A DNA stretch of 25,662 bases. Source: an uncultured bacterium (GTDB lineage: Bacteria; Hydrogenedentota; Hydrogenedentia; Hydrogenedentales; JAEUWI01). The stretch lies in assembly GCA_963977445.1 (NCBI GenBank), contig CAXBPH010000082.1, forward strand, positions 1 to 25,662, in the 5' to 3' direction. Within the stretch, counting starts at the first letter, position 1. Each line of letters begins with the position of its first letter. A program made the translations under genes and the position numbers. Below are positions 1-9,225 of the stretch, piece after piece. The notes beneath the pieces are model-generated. The model was not told where the DNA came from. It made no database searches and saw only the letters and a program-made list of their open reading frames with translations.

Positions 1-354
1 GTACTGCCCTTCCGCTCGAACCACCGCATCCCCGATTGGGCCCGTCGTCCCGCCCTCCGACGTCTCAACACCGCAGGGGCCCACATACACACTTACGCCA
101 AAGGCATGATCCACGCCAAGCTCGTTCTCTTTGACGACACGCTAGCCGTCTCGGGCTCACCCAATCTCGACATGCGCAGCATGTACCTCAACTTCGAGAT
201 CGCTCTCTTTCACTACAGCCCAGCCGACATCGCCGAAATTGATTCCTGGATTGACGCGCTGAAGGAGGAATGTGATGACTGGCAGCCCACTCCACCAAAT
301 CTCCTGAACGATTGGGCCGAAGGTCTCTCCCAACTCGTCTCACCCCTGCTCTGA
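1..354 (+). CDS. cls: Cardiolipin synthase / phospholipase D family protein, C-terminal part (5' end outside window)
   Basis: Frame is open from base 1 (VLPFRSNHRIPDWARRPALRRL...). It contains the second HKD motif HAKLVLFDD followed by SGSPNLDMRS..LNFE, typical of the Cls C-terminal PLD domain. Confidence 0.85.
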   Translation, partial: VLPFRSNHRIPDWARRPALRRLNTAGAHIHTYAKGMIHAKLVLFDDTLAVSGSPNLDMRSMYLNFEIALFHYSPADIAEIDSWIDALKEECDDWQPTPPNLLNDWAEGLSQLVSPLL

Positions 355-382
355 TTCAGGAACTGCACCGTCCCAGCAAGCT

Positions 383-1195
383 CTAAATCCCGTCCCCTGC
401 CTCAAATATATCTTCGTCAATTCGGTGATCCATCTCCAAGGCCGGCTGCTTCTCTTTCGTATGGCATACGGGTTTTGCAGGAACCCCCACCACCGTCGTG
501 TGAGGCGGCACATCATTCAGCACCACCGCACCACCACCCACCTTGGCACCTTCACCAATCTCCACATTGCCCAATATCTTGGCACCCGCCGCAATAAGCA
601 CGCCCTGGCGCACCTTGGGATGACGATCCCCATGGGACTTGCCCGTACCGCCCAGGGTCACCTCGTGGAGCATGGATACATTGTCTTCCACCACCGCCGT
701 CTCCCCAATGACCACACTCGTGGCGTGGTCCATGAGAATACCGTGGCCAATGCGGGCCGCCGGGTGTATATCTACCGAAAAAACTTCAGAGATCCGGCTC
801 TGCAAAAAGAGGGCCAGCTCCTTACGATCTTGATTCCAGTAATAGTGGGAAACCCGGTATGCCTGAATCGCCTGGTACCCTTTGAAATAGAGCAGGGGCG
901 TGGAATATTTGGTGCACGCCGCATCCCGATCACAGACCGCCACCATATCGGCACGAATACCCGTGCCAATGGCAGGGTCGTTGGCGAAGGCTTCGTCAAT
1001 CAAATCACGGAGCGTCACCGCCGTCAGCGTATGACTTTCCAGCTTGCCCGCCAATTGAAAGCTGAGGGCATCTTCCAGCGACTTGTGATTCAATATGATG
1101 GAATAGATATAGCTCGCCAGCATGGGCTCACATTGGACATCCACCGCCGCCTCCGCACGCACCCGTGCCCAAATCTCGTCCTGTTGCTCTGACAT
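383..1195 (-). CDS. cysE: Serine O-acetyltransferase
   Basis: N-terminal helical SATase domain (EPMLASY..IL.H..LE.AL), then DRD.AC, YFKGYQAIQAYR, VDIHPAARIG.GI..DHAT, VTLGGTGK..GDRHPK and hexapeptide repeats. GGAGAG RBS upstream. Confidence 0.96.
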   Translation of the reverse strand: MSEQQDEIWARVRAEAAVDVQCEPMLASYIYSIILNHKSLEDALSFQLAGKLESHTLTAVTLRDLIDEAFANDPAIGTGIRADMVAVCDRDAACTKYSTPLLYFKGYQAIQAYRVSHYYWNQDRKELALFLQSRISEVFSVDIHPAARIGHGILMDHATSVVIGETAVVEDNVSMLHEVTLGGTGKSHGDRHPKVRQGVLIAAGAKILGNVEIGEGAKVGGGAVVLNDVPPHTTVVGVPAKPVCHTKEKQPALEMDHRIDEDIFEAGDGI

Positions 1196-1433
1196 CGCTC
1201 TCGACTCTCCTGAAATTAAAAAAATACTGCTTGCGGCCTACTCTGCCCATGAGTATGCGCATAGCATAGCACGGGCACGTGGTAATTGAGAATGGAGCAT
1301 CGGTGAAACGCTGTTGACGGGGTAATTGCGGAGGAGGCCGGGGGTGCGAGCAAGACCTGCATCCCCTGAGCCCCCGTTTTCAAGGCGGGCAATCAGTTTG
1401 ATCGAAACAATGCCGCGATAACGCTTCGCTTAG

Positions 1434-2873
1434 TCAGGCAATAATATCGTGGACCACATTCCCGTGCACATCTGTCAGACGGAAGTCCCGGCCCGCATAG
1501 CGATAGGTGAGTTTCTCATGGTCAAAGCCCAACAGATGCATCATGGTCGCATGAAGGTCATGGACGTGCACCCGGTTTTCCACGGCTTGAAAACCAAACT
1601 CATCGGTGGCACCGTGGATGTGACCACCCTTCACGCCACCCCCGGCCATCCAACAGGTAAAGCCGTAGTGGTTGTGGTCGCGGCCATTAATCTTCCCGGC
1701 ATTGGAACCAGGCGTAGGCAACTCCACCGTCGGCGTGCGGCCAAACTCACCGCTACACACTACGAGGGTATCTTCCAGCATGCCCCGCTGTTTCAAATCC
1801 TTCAGAAGCGCGCCGATACCCTGGTCGCATTCCTTCGCCAGACTGCCATGGCGCTCTTCAATATCATCGTGGCTATCCCACGGCTGTCCCGCACCATGCC
1901 ACAACTGGATAAACCGAACGCCGCGCTCCAGCAATCGCCGGGTAATCAAACACTGACGCCCGTGTACACCGGGTCCATACATTTCGCGAATATATTCCGG
2001 CTCGCGGGTCACGTCGAAGGCATCCGTCGCATCAAGCTGCATGCGGTAAGCCAATTCAAAGGACTGCAATCGGGATTCCAATTCACCATCGTTATTGCGG
2101 GCTTCAATGTGACGGTGGTTCAATTCGCTCAATAAATCAAGCTGGGCACGCTGTGACTTGGTGTTCTGGTAGTTGTTTTCAATATTGGCGATAAGCTTTT
2201 CCATTTCGGTGTGTTGGGTATCCACGTAGGTACCCTGATACACGCCCGGCAAAAAGCCCGATTGCCAGTTTTGTGATTCCTGGATGGGATAGCCCTTGGG
2301 GCACATGGAAATAAAGCCCGGAAGATTCTGATTCTCCGTGCCCAGGCCGTAGGTAACCCAGGATCCCACACTCGGCCGAATCTGACGGGCATCACCACAA
2401 TTCATCAGCAAAAGCGACGGCTCATGGTTGGGCACGTCCGCGTACATGGAGCGGACGATACACATATCATCCACATTCTCAGCGATATGGGGAAAGAGAC
2501 TGCTTACGGGAATGCGGCTGTCACCATATTCCTTGAATTCAAAGGGGGAGCCGAAGGCCGTGCCGGTGGGCCGCTCCGTGCGTAACGACGTCATGGGCAG
2601 GTCCTGCCCGGCATACTTCGTCAGGGCGGGCTTCGGATCAAAGGAGTCCACCTGGGACAAACCACCATTGTGGAAAATATGTACGACCCGCTTCGCCGTG
2701 CCCTCAAAGTGGGGCATGCGCGGTGCTGTCGGATTCAAGGCACCAAAGGCATCGCCGCTTCCACCCAGCAGGGTGCTTGCCAGCCCCATGGCACCAAAGC
2801 CCATGCCAGTACGTTTCAAAAAATCACGACGGTTGAGAATATAGTCGTCGGCGGTCGGTTTGTGATGACCCAT
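1434..2873 (-). CDS. DUF1501 family protein (alkaline-phosphatase/sulfatase-like fold), Tat-exported
   Basis: Twin-arginine signal NRRDFLK followed by a hydrophobic stretch. Family motifs GGLSQVDSFDPKP, NH, RRLLERGVRF, WDSH, EFGRTP, GRDH, MAGGGVKGG, GATDEFG, VHVHDLHAT, RLTDVHG. Lies directly downstream of a DUF1549/DUF1553 gene. Confidence 0.9.
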   Translation of the reverse strand: MGHHKPTADDYILNRRDFLKRTGMGFGAMGLASTLLGGSGDAFGALNPTAPRMPHFEGTAKRVVHIFHNGGLSQVDSFDPKPALTKYAGQDLPMTSLRTERPTGTAFGSPFEFKEYGDSRIPVSSLFPHIAENVDDMCIVRSMYADVPNHEPSLLLMNCGDARQIRPSVGSWVTYGLGTENQNLPGFISMCPKGYPIQESQNWQSGFLPGVYQGTYVDTQHTEMEKLIANIENNYQNTKSQRAQLDLLSELNHRHIEARNNDGELESRLQSFELAYRMQLDATDAFDVTREPEYIREMYGPGVHGRQCLITRRLLERGVRFIQLWHGAGQPWDSHDDIEERHGSLAKECDQGIGALLKDLKQRGMLEDTLVVCSGEFGRTPTVELPTPGSNAGKINGRDHNHYGFTCWMAGGGVKGGHIHGATDEFGFQAVENRVHVHDLHATMMHLLGFDHEKLTYRYAGRDFRLTDVHGNVVHDIIA

Positions 2874-2901
2874 TGTTTTTTACTCCATGGATGAATTCTT
2901 A

Positions 2902-2930
2902 CTGGCCTGCACCATGCGGTGGCATGCCAG
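2902..2930. other. Intergenic imperfect hairpin
   Basis: ctggcctgcacc-atgc-ggtggcatgccag between the cytochrome gene and the DUF1501 gene; no clear U-tract. Confidence 0.3.
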
Positions 2931-2970
2931 ACGAATCGGATTCATTTATCATTTTCCCGACGCACGATAA

Positions 2971-5900
2971 TTAATCGACGAACATGAATTCATTGGACAT
3001 CAGCAGCACCTGGGCATACTTTTCCCAAGGCTCCATCGACGGCGGTGGCGGGCCGGTAAAGTCTACCCGTGTCAGCCATTCCCGAGGTTGGCCCGTCGGC
3101 GCGGTAGCGGCGGCCGCTTCCGCCACGAGGAGGCGCGGGTGCCAGGTAAAGGAATCAAAGCTTTGGTTCGCGCCGCAGTCCAATACCAAATCAATAATCT
3201 CGCCAGCGGTTACGGCAACGTGGGTAAAGCCCGTCCCAATAGCATTGTTGTGGGCATGGCCCTGCCACAAGACACCGGAAACATTCGAAATGACATAACC
3301 AAACACGCCATCGCCCTTGTCGGAGCCATGCTTCAGCTCACCCTCCATCGAAAGTACCGTGTCGAAGGGAGCCGTCCATCGACGCACTACCGCCAGACCC
3401 GGTTTACCGGGATGACCACCATGGGAACTCAGGGCCGCCCAATCCAAGGTCGGATCCGGGATTTCCGGGCCGCCCTGCCAGGTCGAACCCGTAAAGTGAG
3501 GCAAGAGGGTGAAGCTTTCGAGACTCCCGCTTTCCGTATTGACCGCACCGTAGCCATATTGCCAACGGGGGTCGGTATAGTGTTCCGGTGGGGACGCCGT
3601 GGTGGTCGTTACAAAATGCTTACCGAGTTCAATTTCCACAGGCTCCGGTTCCCGTTGAAACACGGCCTGATAGAGCGCACTGATACGCTCTTCCGGTGTC
3701 CCCTGGCTGACCACCACCTCACGCTCCGCAAGAAACTTTGCCTGCTCCGCAAGGAAGGGGCTGTTCATGAGGAATAGTGCCTGCTGTGGCACGGTCGTGT
3801 TAATACGCATGGGCGTGTGGGCGTCGGGACTCGCAAAATCGAAGGTGCGAAACAAATCCGGGAGGTTTTGACGCTCGATCCGGCCGTAGAGGGTCCGCCG
3901 CGTCATGAAGGGTTCTGTCGTCATTTCCTGACCTTCGCCACCCAGGGACAAGTCCAAACGGCCTGCAGCCAGCAAGACCCCATCGCGCATAGACTCAAAA
4001 TCCAGTCGCTGGCGATTCTGACGCCACACCAGGAAATTCTCGGGATCAACGTCCACACCGTGGCCTTGTGACAGACTATCCTGCTGGTAGGCGTAGGACT
4101 GCATAATCAAGCGGTGCAGATGTTTCACCGACCAGCCACTGGCCATAAACTCACTCGCCAGATAGTCCAACAACGCCGGATGGGTTGGCGGATCACTCCG
4201 CACCCCAAAATCGCTCGGGGTCGCCACGAGGGGCGCGCCAAAGTGATGCATCCACACCCGGTTCACCATGACCCGAGCGGTCAAAGGATTATCATTACTC
4301 GCGATGGCGTTCGCCATTTCCAGGCGACCACTGCCGTTGGCAAAAGGCGCCTCATCGGAACCACCAAGAACTTCCAGATAGCGTCGGGGTACGGAATCAC
4401 CCCGATTTCCGGCCTGTCCCCGTCGAAATACATAGGGGTCAAAGGGATTGGGTAAATCTACCAACGCCATAGCGCGGTTGGGACGTCCCGGATGGGTGCT
4501 TTCCACACGGGCAATCGCATTGTCCCGTTCACGCATCTGATTCTGTATGGGCACTTCACTCAATCCGCGCACATCGCCCCGGGCAATATTAGCCGGACTA
4601 TCCGCGCCGTAAAGCAGGTGACGAATTTCATCCAGGTTGCCATCCTCTAGGGCCGTGGGCACTGTAGGCGGATTCTCCGGCTGGCGGGTCGCCATCTGGG
4701 CATAGGAGGCCAGGGTATCCGTCCAAGCCTTATTCGCTTCCTGAATGGCCCCGGAGATGCGATCCGTTACTTCGTCCATCGACTTGGGGGCATCCCCTTC
4801 AAAACGTTGGGCGATACGGGGGTTAACCGGTTGACCACCGATTTTCTTCGTGGCTATCTCCTGGGCAAGCGCGGTGCTTTTGGCCTCAAATTCGCCTTCG
4901 GGAATGGCGCGGTAGGCAAACCATGGCGCCAACACGGGGTGATGGGCCTCCGAAAGTTTCTTCAGATGATCGCGCCATCGTATCGAAAGGTCGCCCTTCA
5001 GCTCGTGTTCTTTCGCCACGACCTTCAGCTTATTGGCGTCCATATCCCACCCAATAGCCGCCGCCTTCAAATACGCGCCCATTTTGTTCCGGGTGTCGGT
5101 CAACAGCTCGGTCTGAATCTTGTCGATATAGGATTCCCGCTCGGCCACCTTCTTGTCCCGCTCCACCAGGAATTCCTGATACTTCGGATCATTGGGATCG
5201 GGCTCTTCAATTAAGGGCAATTCACCCGGCTCGTCGCTGCTCCGGAAAATCCCATAGAGCGCGTAATAGTCTTTTGCCGAAATCGGGTCATACTTGTGAT
5301 CGTGACACCGCGCACACGCCACCGTCAGCCCCTGCATGCCCCGGGATACCACATCGATGCGGTCGTCGGTGATGTCATGGATATTCCCCACAAAACGACG
5401 GCCCAGGGTGATGTAGCCCAGCGCCGCGAGGGGACGCTTGTCTTCGCCCAATTCCATGCGGTCGGCGGCGAGCTGTTGTTTCAGAAAGGTGTCATAGGGC
5501 AGGTCTTCGTTGAAGGCCCGTACCACGTAGTCCCGGTAGGTGTGGGAAAAGCCGAAGTTGCGCTCCTGTTGGAACACATAGCCTTTCGTATCCGCATAGC
5601 GGGCCACATCGAGCCAATGACGGGCCCACCGCTCGCCGTAGTGGGGCGAGGCCAATAATTGCTCAATAACTTTGTTGAAGGCTTCGGGGCTGTCGTCGGC
5701 TTCAAAGGCCAACACCTCCTCTATGGAGGGGGCCAGTCCCGTCAGGTCCATATAGGCCCGGCGAATCAGGGTATGCTTGTCCGACTTCGGGGAGGGAGCT
5801 ATTTCGGCCGTGGCCAGACGCGCCTGGACGAAGGCATCGACGGACGTCTGTATGACAGCGGTGTCGGGTAGCCCCGGCACATCGGGATTGGTGACCGGCT

Positions 5901-6369
5901 GAAAGGCCCAGTGCGTGGCTTTGGCCGCCGCGACACGCTCTTCCCAGGGATTGCCCGTTGTCGTCGCCAGCGCCGCGTCACCTTCCGGCCAGGGCGCGCC
6001 CATATTCACCCAGGCGGTAATCGCGTCGATCTCCTCCTGAGGCAACTTGGCATCGGGGGGCATCTTCGTGTGGGTATCGTAGTTGATGACCTGGAGAATA
6101 CGGCTGTTTGCCGCCTGCTCCCCTTCATTCAGTACGGGACCACCATCACCGCCCCCGAGCATAGACGCCTTGGAGTCGAGTCGAAGTCCCGTCTTTTGCT
6201 TTTCCGGACCATGGCAGCTATAGCAACGGCTGGCCAGCACGGGGCGCACGTGGGTCTCAAAGTAGTCCAGAGACTCCGGAGTCGGCGCTTCGGCGACGGC
6301 CAGGGGCGACCAGGCAAGTAGGGCCATGCTGCTGGCGCAAACAAGACGTTTCGATGTGTTCAAAAACAT
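2971..6369 (-). CDS. Planctomycete-type cytochrome c protein (PSCyt1 + DUF1549/PSD1 + DUF1553), exported, two CxxCH motifs
   Basis: Start reassigned to ATG 6369 (AGGAG RBS; Sec signal MFLNTSKRLVCASSMALLAWSPLAVA). Motifs [100 protein letters not shown]. Confidence 0.9.
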   Translation of the reverse strand: MFLNTSKRLVCASSMALLAWSPLAVAEAPTPESLDYFETHVRPVLASRCYSCHGPEKQKTGLRLDSKASMLGGGDGGPVLNEGEQAANSRILQVINYDTHTKMPPDAKLPQEEIDAITAWVNMGAPWPEGDAALATTTGNPWEERVAAAKATHWAFQPVTNPDVPGLPDTAVIQTSVDAFVQARLATAEIAPSPKSDKHTLIRRAYMDLTGLAPSIEEVLAFEADDSPEAFNKVIEQLLASPHYGERWARHWLDVARYADTKGYVFQQERNFGFSHTYRDYVVRAFNEDLPYDTFLKQQLAADRMELGEDKRPLAALGYITLGRRFVGNIHDITDDRIDVVSRGMQGLTVACARCHDHKYDPISAKDYYALYGIFRSSDEPGELPLIEEPDPNDPKYQEFLVERDKKVAERESYIDKIQTELLTDTRNKMGAYLKAAAIGWDMDANKLKVVAKEHELKGDLSIRWRDHLKKLSEAHHPVLAPWFAYRAIPEGEFEAKSTALAQEIATKKIGGQPVNPRIAQRFEGDAPKSMDEVTDRISGAIQEANKAWTDTLASYAQMATRQPENPPTVPTALEDGNLDEIRHLLYGADSPANIARGDVRGLSEVPIQNQMRERDNAIARVESTHPGRPNRAMALVDLPNPFDPYVFRRGQAGNRGDSVPRRYLEVLGGSDEAPFANGSGRLEMANAIASNDNPLTARVMVNRVWMHHFGAPLVATPSDFGVRSDPPTHPALLDYLASEFMASGWSVKHLHRLIMQSYAYQQDSLSQGHGVDVDPENFLVWRQNRQRLDFESMRDGVLLAAGRLDLSLGGEGQEMTTEPFMTRRTLYGRIERQNLPDLFRTFDFASPDAHTPMRINTTVPQQALFLMNSPFLAEQAKFLAEREVVVSQGTPEERISALYQAVFQREPEPVEIELGKHFVTTTTASPPEHYTDPRWQYGYGAVNTESGSLESFTLLPHFTGSTWQGGPEIPDPTLDWAALSSHGGHPGKPGLAVVRRWTAPFDTVLSMEGELKHGSDKGDGVFGYVISNVSGVLWQGHAHNNAIGTGFTHVAVTAGEIIDLVLDCGANQSFDSFTWHPRLLVAEAAAATAPTGQPREWLTRVDFTGPPPPSMEPWEKYAQVLLMSNEFMFVD

Positions 6370-6846
6370 GCGAGATACTACTCCTACGTTATGGTATTTA
6401 GTATCCCCGACGTTCCAATAAAGTTTCACCGTCCGCGCCACAAAAACGCAACCCATTGAAACAAAAACACTTACAAACAGGAAGAATTCTGGGCTATGCA
6501 CCGCTGAAGCCTGCAAGTGACCCGATTTTCACCACACGGCTACCGCCTTGGGTGCCCCGACCGGGTCTACCAATGAAGTCTACCATAACCTATCGCCAAA
6601 TTCATCCAGACAAGGCCCCCAAGGACCTTCCCAATGCTCAACAAATAGACACCCACGTAACAACACGACATCCACAGGCGGAACAGGCTATACTCGGTGC
6701 CACGTGGCCCTTCACGCCACAGAATGCTATGCTACGTTGCTGTTGAGCAACTTCGGCACCTGAACGACAGGTGCCTGTTGAATACACTACGGTGTTGGGA
6801 CGGGGCGGTAAATGCCACCCCAAAAAAGCAGAAGGAGAGAGACCCC

Positions 6847-7689
6847 ATGAAGGTTGGGATGAATTTATTGCTGTGGACCGGTAGCGCCGACGAAAGCCAC
6901 CTGAAACTGCTGGAAGATATCAAGGGCTGGGGCTTCGACGGCGTCGAATTTCCCATGTTTTCTCCAAGCGGCTCCCCTTGGGAAATCCTCGCCGCGAAAT
7001 GTGACGAACTCGGCCTCCGCCGCACTGCCGTCACCGTCATGCCCGAGGGCGCCAATCTCATCGGTGAAGACGCCGCCGAACGCGCTGCCGCCGTGGCCCA
7101 CCTGAAGGGGTGCATCGACTCCTGTGTCGTTCTCGGCTCAGAAACCCTGCTCGGGCCCCTCTACAGCCCCGTTGGGCGCCTCGTGGGCCGTGGCCCCATC
7201 CCGGAAGAGTTCGACCGCGCCGTTGCGGGTTTCAAGGAAGCCGGAGCCTATGCCGCCGAAAAGGGTGTACTCCTCTCTATCGAACCCCTCAACCGTTTCG
7301 AGACCTATTTCCTCAATACCCAGGTCGACGCCGCCAAACTGGTGAAGGCCGTCGGGCTGGACAGTGTGGGCGAAATGTTTGACACCTTCCACGCCAACAT
7401 CGAAGAGAAGGGTCTGGCGGAAGCCGTCAAGGCCGGTGGGGACTGCATCAACCACGTCCACATCTCCGCCAACGACCGCTCCACCCCCGGCGACGACCAC
7501 ATCGACTACGACAGCTCCTTTAAAGCCCTCAAAGAAATTGGCTACGACGGCTGGCTCGTTATCGAAGCCTTCGGCTCCTGGATTCCCGACCTCGCCGGTG
7601 CCACCTGCATCTGGCGCACCATGGCCCCGAGTGAAGAATACCTCGCGGTTAATGGACTGAAGATGATTAAGGAAAAGTGGAACGCCTGA
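6847..7689 (+). CDS. Sugar phosphate isomerase/epimerase, D-psicose/D-tagatose 3-epimerase family (xylose-isomerase-like TIM barrel)
   Basis: ATG 6847 follows an AAGGAG RBS. Motifs GFDGVE, IEPLNRFETY, DTFHANIEE, HVHISANDR..PG, IGYDGWLVIEAF supply the E/D/H/E metal ligands of the family. Confidence 0.88.
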   Translation: MKVGMNLLLWTGSADESHLKLLEDIKGWGFDGVEFPMFSPSGSPWEILAAKCDELGLRRTAVTVMPEGANLIGEDAAERAAAVAHLKGCIDSCVVLGSETLLGPLYSPVGRLVGRGPIPEEFDRAVAGFKEAGAYAAEKGVLLSIEPLNRFETYFLNTQVDAAKLVKAVGLDSVGEMFDTFHANIEEKGLAEAVKAGGDCINHVHISANDRSTPGDDHIDYDSSFKALKEIGYDGWLVIEAFGSWIPDLAGATCIWRTMAPSEEYLAVNGLKMIKEKWNA

Positions 7690-7704
7690 TCCCCGTCGCA
7701 GGGA

Positions 7705-7724
7705 GTCGGACATTCCTGTCTGAC
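7705..7724. repeat. REP-like extragenic palindrome
   Basis: gtcggaca-ttcc-tgtctgac, 15 nt after the epimerase stop codon. Confidence 0.4.
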
Positions 7725-7861
7725 ACAAGGCAATCCCAGGCGCTGTCCCACGCGGGATGCTTCCAGGAAAGCCAGGTGGAAACCAAGGCGGTAGATGGGT
7801 GCCACGGACTAGTCCGACACCCCGTACAGACGATTAAAATTGCGTAAACAATCGCATGAAC

Positions 7862-7909
7862 TTAAAAAATTAGCCGTCCGTCGCACAAACGTGTGACGGA
7901 CGGCTTTTG
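7862..7909. terminator. Bidirectional intrinsic terminator
   Basis: 15-bp stem agccgtccgtcgcac-aaac-gtgtgacggacggct with an A-tract before and a T-tract after, between convergent genes. Confidence 0.75.
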
Positions 7910-7982
7910 ATTGCGCGCGGCAGTTAGCCACAGTTCCCAATGCGTCGATCCACACAGCGCGCAAAAAAACTTTCCCAATGAA

Positions 7983-9041
7983 TCAGGGCCGTAATACCCG
8001 ATCCAGCATTTCATAGGCCGCGCTGCGCTGGGCCGGCGGAAAATCATGTTCACAATCGGGGTAGGCGGCGACCAGGGCCTCTGTCGCGCCGAACAGCCCA
8101 TACACCGGCTGGGCCGACGCCACGCACTCTTCCACCCCGACAAAGTCGAAATTGCTGTCTCGCAGTGGCGCATTGATAAAGACCGACCGGGGCGCGATCA
8201 CCCCGAGTATCTCGGTAAAATCGAAGGGGAGTTTCGCGGCGACCTTCCCGTATGTCGAAGCGATGGCCGGCATGTAGCCCGCGTGGGTCCATCCCGTAAG
8301 ATCGCCTTCGTAATAGCGGGGAAAGCGGGTGAATCCACAACTCGTCACCAACGCCTTAATGCGTGGGTCAAAGGCCCCCACAAACAGGGTGTTGTGCCCA
8401 CCCAGCGAATGACCAATGGCACCAATGCGCTCCGGATCGACCTCGGGCAATTGCTGGAGTAAATCCACACAGCGCATGTGATTCCAGATCCCTTTCATGG
8501 TCGCACTCTCGTAGCCCATGGCATAGACGTCAATGTCGTAACCGCCAAAGCGGGGATAGTCGGGTGCAATCACCACATAGCCCCGCTCCGCAAGCTCATG
8601 GCCGTAGCGCAGGTTGTTGGAGCCATTCCGCCCCATCACTTCATCTTTTCCCCGGGCGTAGGTCTGGTGCAGGGCCACAATACCCGCTGTCTTGCCTGTA
8701 ATGTGGTGGGGTATGGACAGGTAGGCGGAAAGGCGATCGCCCGGCTCCACCGCAATGGTGATTTGCTTTCGCGTGTAGGTCGGGAAGACTTCTTCGGCCA
8801 CCACCTGGATATCGAGGTCGCCTCGGGGGTGGGTGGGGAGGGGCCCCATAACCGCCTGCATGTTGGCCAATACGTGTTCGCGCCGTTTATTCCACCCATC
8901 GACGGATGTCACCGCGTGTACCGCACCCCCCTCATCGATGACACGCAACAAATCTTGTTTGTCGCCATAGAAGGGCGCTTCCGCTTCACCGACGGCACCC
9001 AGGGTGAAGAGAAAGCATACTGCAAAAAACACTCGGACCAT
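7983..9041 (-). CDS. Exported alpha/beta hydrolase (dienelactone hydrolase / acetyl-xylan-esterase-like)
   Basis: Signal peptide MVRVFFAVCFLFTLGAVG. Motifs LAERGYVVIAPDY, VDPERIGAIGHSLGG (nucleophile elbow GxSxG), IAPR, acid D (RDSNF), and catalytic H (EHDFP). AGGAG RBS. Confidence 0.85.
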   Translation of the reverse strand: MVRVFFAVCFLFTLGAVGEAEAPFYGDKQDLLRVIDEGGAVHAVTSVDGWNKRREHVLANMQAVMGPLPTHPRGDLDIQVVAEEVFPTYTRKQITIAVEPGDRLSAYLSIPHHITGKTAGIVALHQTYARGKDEVMGRNGSNNLRYGHELAERGYVVIAPDYPRFGGYDIDVYAMGYESATMKGIWNHMRCVDLLQQLPEVDPERIGAIGHSLGGHNTLFVGAFDPRIKALVTSCGFTRFPRYYEGDLTGWTHAGYMPAIASTYGKVAAKLPFDFTEILGVIAPRSVFINAPLRDSNFDFVGVEECVASAQPVYGLFGATEALVAAYPDCEHDFPPAQRSAAYEMLDRVLRP

Positions 9042-9148
9042 GTACTACTCCTGATCGCCCCAAAAATCAATTCGGTTGCTTCGTCCCTATAATACACAAC
9101 ACCGGGCCCGGTCTCCATACCCCGAAAAAGCAGCCCTCCTCTACGGAC

Positions 9149-9178
9149 TTGTATCCACCCACCGCCGCCCCCTATCCT
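9149..9178 (+). promoter_or_regulatory. Putative sigma70 promoter for the oxidoreductase gene
   Basis: TTGTAT-N18-TATCCT about 50 nt upstream of the ATG at 9226. Confidence 0.4.
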
Positions 9179-9225
9179 GTGGCCTTAGTTTCCACTAGTA
9201 AGACCTCGTGAAAGGATGTATATAC

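Noticed and set aside
6370..6516. N-terminal extension of the 1181-aa ORF, and likewise 6697-6846, 20277-20363 and 20500-20604
   Set aside because: Downstream starts have clear Shine-Dalgarno sequences and match family N-termini or signal peptides.
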